From IMG/VR virus record IMGVR_UViG_2898907183_000003, positions 5,759 through 69,758 of that record: 64,000 bases of DNA; one strand, given 5' to 3'. Of the stretch, positions 19,904-29,085 are shown one piece after another. Below the pieces are notes generated by a model. That model saw only the letters and a program-made list of their open reading frames with translations, did not search any database and was not told the DNA's origin. Position 1 is the stretch's first letter. Every line of letters begins with the position of its first letter. Position numbers and translations under genes: made by a program. Origin of the DNA: a virus. Lineage: Duplodnaviria > Caudoviricetes.

Positions 19904-20695
19904 TTGCGACAATACCACGAACTCTGCCGACACATTCTCGAAAACGGCGTTGAGAAATCCGACCGAACCGGAACCGGCACGTTGAGCATCTTCGGCTATC
20001 AGATGCGGTTCGATCTACGCGAAGGGTTCCCGTTGCTCACCACAAAGCGCCTTCACTGGCGGTCGATCGCGTACGAGCTGCTTTGGTTTCTGCGCGGAGA
20101 CACCAACGTCAAGTACCTCAACGCCAACGGAGTGACGATCTGGAACGAGTGGGCGGATAGACACGGGAATCTCGGTCCGGTGTACGGTAAGCAGTGGCGA
20201 AATTGGGACGGACTTTATTATGCGACAGATCAAATTCGAGATGTCATCGAACAAATCCGCACGAACCCCGATAGCCGCCGCCTGCTCGTATCGGCCTGGA
20301 ACGTCGGCGAACTCGACCAAATGGCGCTGCCACCGTGCCACTTCGCGTTCCAATTCTACGTTGCAAACGGACGCCTATCGTGCCAACTCTACCAACGGTC
20401 GGCCGACGTATTCCTCGGCGTTCCGTTCAATATCGCCAGCTACGCTCTCCTCACGCATATGGTCGCGCACGTAACCGGTCTCAAAGTCGGAGAGTTCATC
20501 CACACGCTAGGCGACGCGCACATTTACGCGAACCATATCGAGCAGGTACGGACGCAGCTTGAACGCGAACCGCGCCAACTCCCGCAACTCGTAATCAAGC
20601 GCCAGGTAACGGACATTGACGATTTCACGTTCGAAGACTTCGAGATCGTCGGCTACGATCCGCACCCGCATATCCCCGGCAAAGTCGCTGTCTAA
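19904..20695 (+). CDS. thyA: Thymidylate synthase
   Basis: [48 protein letters not shown]. Confidence 0.97.
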   Translation: MRQYHELCRHILENGVEKSDRTGTGTLSIFGYQMRFDLREGFPLLTTKRLHWRSIAYELLWFLRGDTNVKYLNANGVTIWNEWADRHGNLGPVYGKQWRNWDGLYYATDQIRDVIEQIRTNPDSRRLLVSAWNVGELDQMALPPCHFAFQFYVANGRLSCQLYQRSADVFLGVPFNIASYALLTHMVAHVTGLKVGEFIHTLGDAHIYANHIEQVRTQLEREPRQLPQLVIKRQVTDIDDFTFEDFEIVGYDPHPHIPGKVAV

Positions 20696-20710
20696 CGAAA
20701 GGAGCACGTA

Positions 20711-21091
20711 ATCATCGCAAGCATCACGCTAATCCACGTATTGCTCACCGCAATCTCAGTCGCTACGTCCGTACCACTCGCAGAAACGGAGTTATACGAA
20801 GTTACCGCGTACTCGGTCGGCGATGATTTCACGCCAGCCCACGGTATTACCGCATCCGGCGCGAGAGTCCGCGAGGGCATAACTGCCGCCTGCCCGCCAG
20901 AGATACCGTTCGGCACGCGCGTCCATATCGAAGGCGTGGGCGAGCGCGTTTGCCTCGACCGTGGCGGCGCGATCAAAGGGCGCAGGCTGGACGTGTATAT
21001 CGCGGACCGCTCGGAGGCGCTCCGGTTCGGGCGGCGGAAGTTGAGCGTAACAATCTGTGCGAAATCGGAACTCGCACGTTTAATACGGTAG
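20711..21091 (+). CDS. Exported 3D-domain (lytic transglycosylase-like) protein
   Basis: VTAYS...ITASG...IPFGTRVHI...DRGGAIKGRRLDVY; signal peptide from ATC 20711. Confidence 0.85.
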   Translation: MIASITLIHVLLTAISVATSVPLAETELYEVTAYSVGDDFTPAHGITASGARVREGITAACPPEIPFGTRVHIEGVGERVCLDRGGAIKGRRLDVYIADRSEALRFGRRKLSVTICAKSELARLIR

Positions 21092-21128
21092 AAGGGGGAA
21101 ACGCCGGAAAGAAAACGGGAGGGATACG

Positions 21129-22292
21129 ATGAGCAACGAAAAGGTAACGGTACTGACGGATGAAAACGGTGTGCTGCGGGAGTATCGCGAGGTTAAGCGG
21201 AAGGCGAACGTGGGGGAGCGGATTAAGATTGTTGCAGCGGATGTACAGTCGGAAAGACCGTACGAAAACGGAGACACCTTCGTAGTTGATGAGGAAGTCA
21301 AAGGATTCGAGGGCGATGTCATTACGCAGTGCGGTCGTTATATCGAGGCGGATGAATACGTAGTCCTCGAGCCCACCGATATCGTTATCGTCGACGGTGT
21401 GCGGTATCGCGAGGAGAAGCGCGAGGCACGGAAAGGCGAGCGAGTGATGGCAACTCGAAAGGATTCTCCGTTTTATTCTTTTGGTCAGGTTGGGATCGCG
21501 CTTGGCCCTGAATACGTTGAATTCCCACATGCGAAGCTTTGCTGCTATCCCGAAAATTACGTCGTCCTCACGCCAGTTTCTAACGAGCCGAAGCCGAAAC
21601 AATCGCCCACACCCGACGTATTCAACGTCACGATCAACGTAACGGTCAACGGGAGTATTGACGACGCGATCAAAGCGGCAACAGAAGCGTTGAAAGCGAA
21701 GCTGGCCGATTTTAATCCCGAGAAGGCTATACGCGAACTGATTACGCAGCCAGCGCCGAAATCCCCGCAACAACACCGCGATGAGATCATCGAAAAAGCG
21801 AAACGGGATGTGGCGGAGTTGTTGGACGCTAACCATCAGCACTTGAGTCCGCCTGTTTATTTCACTCGCCGGGGAGGATTCTTCGTTACGGACAGGGTTG
21901 AGTTCGTGGTTAATCGCGAGAAAAGAACGGTTGTTGCGCTCGTTCGAGAATTAGGAGAGAACCACGTTATTCATCGCGGCATCGCCAAGTGCGCGCCCAA
22001 CGATTGCTTCAACGTCCACATCGGCAAGGCAATAGCGCTGCGTCGAGCGTTGGGGCTTCCGGTGCCTGACGAGTACCTGAACGCGCCTCAGCCGACGGAG
22101 GTTCGCGTGGGGGATATTGTAAATGGCGGCTTGCTTTTCGGAGCTTACACGCCAGATGAAACGTTCACGATCACGGCGGAGCGTGGCGACAATTCGTTCA
22201 AATATGCAGAGTGTCCGTCTGATTGGATTTACCGTCATCAAATCGGAAGAATCATCGACGACTCACGCGAACAAACGGAGGTATCTGCATGA
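21129..22292 (+). CDS. Hypothetical multi-domain phage protein
   Basis: Repeated YREVKR/YREEKR..VGE units; GIAKCAPNDCFNVHIGKAIALRRALG domain. Confidence 0.7.
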   Translation: MSNEKVTVLTDENGVLREYREVKRKANVGERIKIVAADVQSERPYENGDTFVVDEEVKGFEGDVITQCGRYIEADEYVVLEPTDIVIVDGVRYREEKREARKGERVMATRKDSPFYSFGQVGIALGPEYVEFPHAKLCCYPENYVVLTPVSNEPKPKQSPTPDVFNVTINVTVNGSIDDAIKAATEALKAKLADFNPEKAIRELITQPAPKSPQQHRDEIIEKAKRDVAELLDANHQHLSPPVYFTRRGGFFVTDRVEFVVNREKRTVVALVRELGENHVIHRGIAKCAPNDCFNVHIGKAIALRRALGLPVPDEYLNAPQPTEVRVGDIVNGGLLFGAYTPDETFTITAERGDNSFKYAECPSDWIYRHQIGRIIDDSREQTEVSA

Positions 22293-22981
22293 CCCAACCG
22301 CTAAAGCTCGCCCTAACCGGCCGGATGCGCTCCGGCAAGGATTCGGTCGCGGCGTACCTCGCGAGCCAATACGGATTCGCCCGGTTCGCATTCGGCGACG
22401 GCATCCGTAAGGTCTGCCGCGAGTTGTTCCCGGACCAGATGGCGCAAGCCCGAAAGCCCCGCGCGCTCCTGCAAGGCGTGGGGCAGGCGATGCGGGCGTT
22501 CGACGAGGACGTGTGGATCCGCCAATGTCTCGAGGAAATCGAAGGGGAAATCGGATATTACGAAGCTCACGGTTATCACGGACCAAACGTCGTAATCACC
22601 GACCTCCGTCAGCCCAACGAATATGCCCGCCTCCGCGCGGAAGGCTTCGTCATCATCCGCGTGAACGCTTCGGACGAAACGCGAATCCAACGCATGATCG
22701 ACGCAGGCGACGAATTCGATGACGATACGCTCACGCACGATACCGAGCAGCACGTCGATTCGTTCGCGGTCGATTATGAGATTGATAATAACGGGAGCCT
22801 GGCGGATTTGTACGCGCAGGTGGACGAGATTATGGTGGATATTAACCGAAAGGAAGGCGATACCATGGACTACCGTAAATTTCTCCGCGAAGAATGTAAT
22901 TATCCCGAAGAGGTACTCGTGGATATGTCCGACGAGGATTGTGAGTCCGAGTACGAAGTAATCTGCGGTGGGATCGACTGA
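22289..22981 (+). CDS. Deoxynucleoside monophosphate kinase, fused in frame to a small acidic ORF
   Basis: P-loop GRMRSGKD, LLQGVG, VITDLRQPNE, HDTE. Confidence 0.85.
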   Translation: MTQPLKLALTGRMRSGKDSVAAYLASQYGFARFAFGDGIRKVCRELFPDQMAQARKPRALLQGVGQAMRAFDEDVWIRQCLEEIEGEIGYYEAHGYHGPNVVITDLRQPNEYARLRAEGFVIIRVNASDETRIQRMIDAGDEFDDDTLTHDTEQHVDSFAVDYEIDNNGSLADLYAQVDEIMVDINRKEGDTMDYRKFLREECNYPEEVLVDMSDEDCESEYEVICGGID

Positions 22982-23104
22982 TGACCACCGCCAACTTCGA
23001 TGACCTCCGTTACTTCTACCAGATGGGTTACTTTTACGGGCGTAACGACCAACTGGACGGAAAACCGTATGACGACCGCCTGCCTCACGAAAGATCGATA
23101 GGCC

Positions 23105-23464
23105 TTACGGATTCACCGCGTCAGCCAAGCGAAACGAGTACCATCCGTGCTTCCGATCAAAATACACGTACTTCCCGACCTTGACGTTGTGCTTTTTGAT
23201 AAACGAGCGCGCCGACGCATAACTGCGCTTATCGAAGTTCGCGGGCGCGACCGTATCGGGCACGTTGACATCGCCGGGCAGGGCCACGCCAATATTCCCG
23301 GTCTCCGTTTCGAAGGCCACGTGCATCTTGAACGGTTGGCCCGCCGGGAATCCGAGTTTCTTGCGCATGGCCGCGTTGATGAAGAGGCGTCCGAACTTGT
23401 CGATGGTGATCGCGGGCTCCTCGTCGGCATTGTACGGTTCAAAGCTATGGGGAACGAAAGGCAT
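23105..23464 (-). CDS. AbrB-like (swapped-hairpin) protein
   Basis: ITIDKFGRLFINAAMRKKLG; AGGAGG RBS; counter-oriented to neighbours. Confidence 0.55.
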   Translation of the reverse strand: MPFVPHSFEPYNADEEPAITIDKFGRLFINAAMRKKLGFPAGQPFKMHVAFETETGNIGVALPGDVNVPDTVAPANFDKRSYASARSFIKKHNVKVGKYVYFDRKHGWYSFRLADAVNP

Positions 23465-23574
23465 AACGAATCAACCTCCTAACGGACGTAAGGCCCTTAC
23501 GGTTAGTATACGCGAAAGAGTAACGATATTGCAACGAAGGATTAGCGCGAATCCACTCGAAGGGAGTCGATCAT

Positions 23575-24993
23575 TTGACGTTTAATGTAACGCCTCAATT
23601 GCCGGATAACGGACTGACCGTCGCGGAGCTGTTCGCAGGCGGCGGTCTGATGGCGGTGGGTTTGAAAACCGCTGGATATCGTCTGATTTACGCAAACGAT
23701 TTCGATAAGAACGCGGTGAAAGCGTATCGCCACAACCTCGGCGACCACATCGTACACGGCGACATTACCGCGATTGATCCCGCCGACATTCCGGACGCCG
23801 ACGTGATTGCCGGCGGACCACCGTGCCAGGATTATTCGGTCGCGGGGACCGGCGCGGGCGAGAACGGTGAGCGCGGCAAGCTCGTGTGGGCGTACCTGCG
23901 GATCATCGAGGCGAAGCGGCCAAAGGCGTTCATCTTCGAGAACGTGAAGGGACTTATCACGAAGAAGCACCGCCCGACGTTTGACGCGCTGCTCGCGAGG
24001 TTTGAAGAGATCGGCTATCGCGTGTCCTGGCGGCTCATCAACGCCTGGGACTACGGCGTGGCACAGAAGCGTGAACGCGTGTTCATCGTCGGCATCCGCA
24101 AAGACCTCGGGTTCACGTTCGAGTTTCCCGAGCCGTCGCCGGAAGATTACCGGACAAAGGTGCTGCGAGATGTGATCGGGGACTTGCCGGAGCCCGGTAC
24201 GTTCGCAAATCACAAGGGAACGAAGTACGTTGGGGAACTTAAAGATCGGTTCTGTTATCGTCCGACAAGTTGGGATCAGCCCTCCCCAACGCTTGCTGTG
24301 GCAGCTGACGCCGGCGGTGCGATGCCTCATCCTCATCCTGATTGGCAGATGTCGAACCATTCAACGTATCCGCTGACGCAGGCACAATACGAACACTCTC
24401 GCGACCATCAAATCGGGTACAACGACAGCCTCGACAAACCATCGCGGATTCTACGAGCGAAGGCGGAGAATATCCTGGACGTTCCGAATCACACCGGAGG
24501 CGTCCCGGCAAAAGAATATCCGGGGCACACTGCGTCAAGTCTTGACGAACCCGCGAAAACAATCGTGGCCGGAGCGAATGATGTGCCGGGAGGTGCGAAT
24601 TGTTTCTATCCACCGAATCACGATCCGGAAACGAAGCTACCCGCATACATCCAGAACGTTGTTGATGGGAAAACGACGACTAACTACGGAAACGGAATCC
24701 CGGTTAATGACGGTAATGATCCGGCTCGGACGCTAATCTGCGAATACCGCGCGAAGTGTCCGAATGAGGTGACGAGCATAAACGGGTTCCCACGACGTTT
24801 CACCGTCCGCGAGTGCCTGCGGATTCAATCCGTTCCGGACTGGTACGTGCTGCCGGATGACATCTCGCTCTCGGCGCAGTATCGGATCGTCGGGAACGGG
24901 GTGGCCTCGCGGGTGGCGTGGTATCTCGGGCGGGCGCTGGGGGAACAGTTAACGAAGGTTATACGGAATGAAAACGTGGAGGAGGCGGTGTGA
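23575..24993 (+). CDS. C5-cytosine DNA methyltransferase, probably multispecific
   Basis: ELFAGGG, GGPPCQDYS, FENVKG, QKRERVF, RRFTVREC, YRIVGNGV; expanded variable region. Confidence 0.93.
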   Translation: MTFNVTPQLPDNGLTVAELFAGGGLMAVGLKTAGYRLIYANDFDKNAVKAYRHNLGDHIVHGDITAIDPADIPDADVIAGGPPCQDYSVAGTGAGENGERGKLVWAYLRIIEAKRPKAFIFENVKGLITKKHRPTFDALLARFEEIGYRVSWRLINAWDYGVAQKRERVFIVGIRKDLGFTFEFPEPSPEDYRTKVLRDVIGDLPEPGTFANHKGTKYVGELKDRFCYRPTSWDQPSPTLAVAADAGGAMPHPHPDWQMSNHSTYPLTQAQYEHSRDHQIGYNDSLDKPSRILRAKAENILDVPNHTGGVPAKEYPGHTASSLDEPAKTIVAGANDVPGGANCFYPPNHDPETKLPAYIQNVVDGKTTTNYGNGIPVNDGNDPARTLICEYRAKCPNEVTSINGFPRRFTVRECLRIQSVPDWYVLPDDISLSAQYRIVGNGVASRVAWYLGRALGEQLTKVIRNENVEEAV

Positions 24994-25109
24994 TGAAATG
25001 CTGCGATTGGTGCGGACGAAAGCTCGGAATTCTCTTCGTTAAATACCGACGAAAATCGTTTTGTGGATTCGATTGTAAGGCGCAATACAAACGACAGGAG
25101 GCGGTTTAA

Positions 25110-26312
25110 CTGGCGAAAATGGACCGCAAGCGCTGGCAGGCGAATGTCCGCTCGATGGAGATCGTCGCCAAGCCGCGCGATGAGATCACGGCCGAGGACA
25201 TCGAGTTCCTGCGCGAAAACTACACGTCGATGGGCGGGCTGCTCCCGAAGGGCTTCAACGGGGGCGCATTCTTTACGCCGACGCACGTGGCGCGGTTCGT
25301 GGTCGAGGCGCTGGCGGGGCTCTCCGACGGCTTCAAACCGGGAGCCCGCGTCCTGGAACCGTCGTGTGGGTCCGGAGTGTTTATCGAGCACATCCCGAAC
25401 CATTGCGAAATCACCGGACTTGAACTCGACTCGACTTCCGCGAAAGTGTCGTCACTCATCTATCCTCACGCGGAGATCATCGAGGGCAACGCGCTCGAGC
25501 ACGATCGCCGGGACTATTACGATTATGTGATCGGGAACCCTCCATATGGCGAAACGGTGGAGGTCGAGGACGGCTCCGATTGGATCACGCTATCCAAGTC
25601 GAAAGGCAAATGGCGCGGCAAGTCGGAGAACGCGTTTATCGAGTTCGCGATAAGGGCCGCAAAGCCTGGCGGATGGATTGCGTATATCCTTCCGAAAGGC
25701 ATCTCCTTTTCGCAACAGGCCGAGAAAGTCCGCCGCCTCATGTACGATGCGTGTTGGCATATTGCGACGATACAGCTCCCGGGCGAAACGTTCCAACACG
25801 TAGGAACAACGGTGCCAACGCAAATCCTCATCATGCGGAAGGTTACGCCGAACGCCCGGCGCGTGAAATCAACGAGACTCGACGCGGAGTTCTTCGAGGG
25901 GCAGCCTCCGGTATTCATGGCGGAGGTTCGCGACATTGGATGGGACGCGAAAGGGCACTCGACCGACAAGTGGGGCGACGGCCTCACGCAGCTTGACGAA
26001 CTGCTCGACGCGTTTACGGACGGGGGCCTTGTTCGCGAAAACCTGTATCCGCACGAACCGTCGTGGGTGGCGCGTGGTGGCGGCGTGACAGCGTATATGT
26101 TCCCGCAGGATGGTTGCTCGGGCCAACGGGATGCCGAAAGTTACTTCCGCAAGCCAGAACGGGACACTGCGCTTCTTATGTGGAACGAAATGACGCTCGG
26201 GATCGGCGAGGAAATTAACGGAGAGTCAACGTGGGATTTCGATTGGATGGACCGAATTGTTGCGGAGTATTACGCAAGAGGAGGCGGTTTAACATCGGAG
26301 TCTGCCGAGTAG
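25110..26312 (+). CDS. Orphan N6-adenine DNA methyltransferase
   Basis: FFTP, VLEPSCGSG, VIGNPPYG; no cognate restriction gene nearby. Confidence 0.88.
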   Translation: MAKMDRKRWQANVRSMEIVAKPRDEITAEDIEFLRENYTSMGGLLPKGFNGGAFFTPTHVARFVVEALAGLSDGFKPGARVLEPSCGSGVFIEHIPNHCEITGLELDSTSAKVSSLIYPHAEIIEGNALEHDRRDYYDYVIGNPPYGETVEVEDGSDWITLSKSKGKWRGKSENAFIEFAIRAAKPGGWIAYILPKGISFSQQAEKVRRLMYDACWHIATIQLPGETFQHVGTTVPTQILIMRKVTPNARRVKSTRLDAEFFEGQPPVFMAEVRDIGWDAKGHSTDKWGDGLTQLDELLDAFTDGGLVRENLYPHEPSWVARGGGVTAYMFPQDGCSGQRDAESYFRKPERDTALLMWNEMTLGIGEEINGESTWDFDWMDRIVAEYYARGGGLTSESAE

Positions 26313-26713
26313 ACATAACGAAAGGCCACCGGGAACTATCCGTACGCTACGCGCTTAACGACCGCGACGGAGTGGACGCACTCCTCTCGGACGTTCACCG
26401 GTTGGGCGCGCGCAGGTTCGAGCGTGGCGATTACGCGGCGTGTGACGTGCTGATCGACTTGGCGAGCGCGATTGAGGCGGCTAAACTAACGCCTCGCCAA
26501 CGGGAGGCCCTGCGGTTGTATTACGTCGAGGATTTGACGCTAGAAGACGTGGGCGTGCGGATGGGCCTCGCAAGTGGACGGAAGCGCGCGAGCCGACTCG
26601 TTATTACCGGGTTGAATCGGATTGCGGCGGTGTTCGCGCGGTGGAATTACGGGGAGTTGACGCGGATAGAACAGTGGGAACAAGCGATAGAGAGTGGAGG
26701 GGAGGCGTTCTAA
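26294..26713 (+). CDS. Sigma-70 region 4-like DNA-binding protein
   Basis: LTPRQREALRLYYVEDLTLEDVGVRMG; ATC start after AAGAGGAGG. Confidence 0.8.
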   Translation: MGVCRVDITKGHRELSVRYALNDRDGVDALLSDVHRLGARRFERGDYAACDVLIDLASAIEAAKLTPRQREALRLYYVEDLTLEDVGVRMGLASGRKRASRLVITGLNRIAAVFARWNYGELTRIEQWEQAIESGGEAF

Positions 26714-26934
26714 TGTTTAGAACGGGAGACAAGGTGCTAATCGACCCGGCCAGCGAGCATTATTGCGCAGGAGAAATCCGCATACTCGGCGAGGAGATAA
26801 AGCCGGGGGTTTTCAGAATCGGAAAGGCAACGGAGACAAGATGGGATCACGGGCAGTCCAGCAATTACACTTTCGATGTTGTATTTGACTCTTCGATTCA
26901 CCGCGGCACTGCTGTCGAGGCATCATCTGACTGA
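26713..26934 (+). CDS. Hypothetical protein
   Basis: GGAGG RBS; coupled start. Confidence 0.5.
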   Translation: MFRTGDKVLIDPASEHYCAGEIRILGEEIKPGVFRIGKATETRWDHGQSSNYTFDVVFDSSIHRGTAVEASSD

Positions 26935-26967
26935 CTTAGCTCACACGATACCAATGGAGGCGACCGA

Positions 26968-27513
26968 ATGAGTCGACGCAATAAACGAAAGTCTAACGAT
27001 AACGACACGAAGCATTTCCGAGGCAACCCCGACTACAAATCCGCCTTCTCCGCCGCGGTCACCGAACTAGTCGACGGTGTGCGATCGGGTGCGATACCGG
27101 ACCGCACCGAACGGGCCCGCGCGATCGAAGCGCTCATCGACGAGTACATCGCGTCGACCGGCGAGCGCCCGGACCCTGCCGAGTTGGAACGGTTGGCGAA
27201 CGCGGCGCTGCACGAGGAGTTGACGGATCAACGCCGCAATAAACTGACCGCGCCGGAATATCCGTTCATGTCTGAGTGGCAGCTTGCCGTCCGACAGAAC
27301 CGCGAGTACGACATCAAGCTAGCGGAAGAGATCGCGACGGATGGGCGCACCTATAAGCCGCCAACGCGACGGCATCGGACGGTGCGCGAGAACCGATTCG
27401 TCGATATTTACGCGAAGAGCAAGAACGCGGAGAGACGTAGGCAATATCGGAAGGATACCGCGCCGGGGCCGATTATTCGTTATCACCTAAACGAAATAGA
27501 TCGCCAGGACTAA
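26968..27513 (+). CDS. Hypothetical phage protein
   Basis: GGAGG RBS; basic helical protein. Confidence 0.65.
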   Translation: MSRRNKRKSNDNDTKHFRGNPDYKSAFSAAVTELVDGVRSGAIPDRTERARAIEALIDEYIASTGERPDPAELERLANAALHEELTDQRRNKLTAPEYPFMSEWQLAVRQNREYDIKLAEEIATDGRTYKPPTRRHRTVRENRFVDIYAKSKNAERRRQYRKDTAPGPIIRYHLNEIDRQD

Positions 27514-27685
27514 CGTTTAGATACGCGCAGAGCTTCTCGATAAGATCGCGCGGGAACCGCTCCATTTCATCGTTGTACATCTGACGCACCGACTCGAAAC
27601 GATAGTCGATGTCTCGCGCTACCTGTCGTATGGAGAGCCCGCGTGAATCTACGATTTCTTTCAAACGGGAGCGTAATTTGGGCAT
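27473..27685 (-). CDS. Cro/C1-type HTH repressor, paralogue A
   Basis: SIRQVARDIDYRFESVRQMYN; GGAGG RBS. Confidence 0.85.
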   Translation of the reverse strand: MPKLRSRLKEIVDSRGLSIRQVARDIDYRFESVRQMYNDEMERFPRDLIEKLCAYLNVSPGDLFRLGDNE

Positions 27686-27707
27686 AGCATCGCCTCCTCT
27701 CAGCGAT

Positions 27708-27773
27708 ACTATATCGCAGACACGTATAAAGAGTCAATTTGTGGTTGACACTGTTAGCGTGTCGCGATAATAT
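27708..27773. promoter_or_regulatory. Back-to-back sigmaA promoters with two GACAC-N7-GNGTC operators
   Basis: Rightward TTGACA-N17-TAATAT; leftward TTGACT-N18-TATAGT; operators 27719-27735 and 27747-27763. Confidence 0.75.
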
Positions 27774-27806
27774 ACGAGTATAACGAGTGAAACGGAGGCG
27801 ATACGA

Positions 27807-28181
27807 ATGTTATACGGTTTCCCCGACCTGTCCACGATGACCACCGTTGACGCCATCGTATGGTACACGCGCCAAGTAGCGAATCTCACCGCGTCACCTG
27901 GCCGGACCGAACGTACGCAGGCGCTCCTTGCGTGGAAACGCGCGCTAAACGAACGGATCGATCTCGAACGTGAGTACGCGACCAAACTCCGCGAAATCTG
28001 CCGGTATGCCGGGTTCCGTAACGCGGGCAACTGGTTCGGCCTAACATACCGGCGCCTACGCCATGACCGTCTCTTAGCCGCGCCTGACAAGCGGTCGAGC
28101 ATCGATCTGCGGCGGACGGCTATACGGAATGCCTGGCGTGAGTTTGCATGTGAAGTTAACGACAACTATACGAAAATGTAA
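27807..28181 (+). CDS. Hypothetical basic protein
   Basis: GGAGG RBS, directly after strong promoter. Confidence 0.7.
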   Translation: MLYGFPDLSTMTTVDAIVWYTRQVANLTASPGRTERTQALLAWKRALNERIDLEREYATKLREICRYAGFRNAGNWFGLTYRRLRHDRLLAAPDKRSSIDLRRTAIRNAWREFACEVNDNYTKM

Positions 28182-28193
28182 CAACACGTTATA

Positions 28194-28505
28194 GGCACCG
28201 TAAGGGGACGGAGCAGGTAGCCGTCAGATGCCGGACCCGTTAGGGCATAGCCGATGATTCTGCGAAATATGCGGATGAGGCACATCATTGATCCCGGCTT
28301 TCCGCGCTGTTGAGCCGTAATCAATGGCGCATACCCTTACCGGGAGCGACGGTTAGAATATCGCTCACTCGTAAGCTTGCGTTGGGACTCCGACATCTTA
28401 CCGTTCCGGCGCGGATTGCCTATGGGCGACGCGCTACTATCGGAGTTCGAACGCTGGAAGGAATTACCGAATCTCCATCGAATTGGAACGGCGGGGAGGA
28501 GGTGC
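28194..28505 (+). ncRNA. Candidate large structured RNA (ncRNA or cis-regulatory leader), family unrecognised
   Basis: About 310 nt with no RBS-backed ORF; at least 9 helices visible by eye, 5'/3' closing helix, one crossing helix pair. Confidence 0.5.
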
Positions 28506-28509
28506 GGAG

Positions 28510-28722
28510 ATGGAATACAAAAAATGCTATTTGATTGAGTATGGACAAAACAAAATGCAATTAGTTTTCGCATATGATTCGGAGCAAGCTCTTACATTGT
28601 TTTTCCAAAAAGAACGCGAACGAAAAGAGGTAGAAGGCCGTCGTTATAACAAACCACCGGGAAACTTGACTATACGCGAGATTGGTGAGGAGAAGGACAT
28701 CATCCGCGCAGAAGATCGATAG
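28510..28722 (+). CDS. Hypothetical protein
   Basis: GGAGGAGGTG RBS; lower GC; followed by CGCCG/CGGCG hairpin and T tract. Confidence 0.65.
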   Translation: MEYKKCYLIEYGQNKMQLVFAYDSEQALTLFFQKERERKEVEGRRYNKPPGNLTIREIGEEKDIIRAEDR

Positions 28723-28728
28723 TCGCCG

Positions 28729-28953
28729 TTAATTCGGCGGCTTTTTATTTTCAGACTCAGCGATGAGCAACTCCGCGACTGTTACACCGAAATAGGCGCA
28801 CAGCTTCGCCAAGAGATCGCGCGGATAACGCTCCATCTCATCGTTGTATAATTGGCGAACGGATTCGAAGCGGTAGTCGATGTCACGGGCGATCTCTCGA
28901 ATCGACACGCCCCGAGCGTCCGCGAGTGTTTTAAGGTTCGATCGCAAATGCAT
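28729..28953 (-). CDS. Cro/C1-type HTH repressor, paralogue B
   Basis: SIREIARDIDYRFESVRQLYN; GAGGTG RBS. Confidence 0.85.
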   Translation of the reverse strand: MHLRSNLKTLADARGVSIREIARDIDYRFESVRQLYNDEMERYPRDLLAKLCAYFGVTVAELLIAESENKKPPN

Positions 28954-28985
28954 CGGGATCACCTCAGTTTATGTCTCTGCATTCG

Positions 28986-29050
28986 ATTATAAAATGACAC
29001 GAATAAGGCGTCAAAAAGTTGTTGACACGGATAACGGGTCGGTATATTAT
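28986..29050. promoter_or_regulatory. Back-to-back sigmaA promoters with two GACAC-N7-GNGTC operators
   Basis: Rightward TTGACA-N17-TATTAT; leftward TTGACG-N17-TATAAT; operators 28996-29012 and 29024-29040. Confidence 0.75.
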
Positions 29051-29085
29051 AAGGCTACGCGATTTAACGAAGAGGAGGAGTTGCT

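Noticed and set aside
23575-26312. Complete restriction-modification system
   Set aside because: No endonuclease or specificity subunit lies next to either methyltransferase; both appear to be orphans.
28194-28505. Hammerhead, group I/II intron, tmRNA or RNase P identity for the structured region
   Set aside because: Only fragments match (CCGATGA..GAAA with too short a stem II; GAGCCGTA without a domain V stem; GTTCGA without a T-arm); conserved cores are absent.
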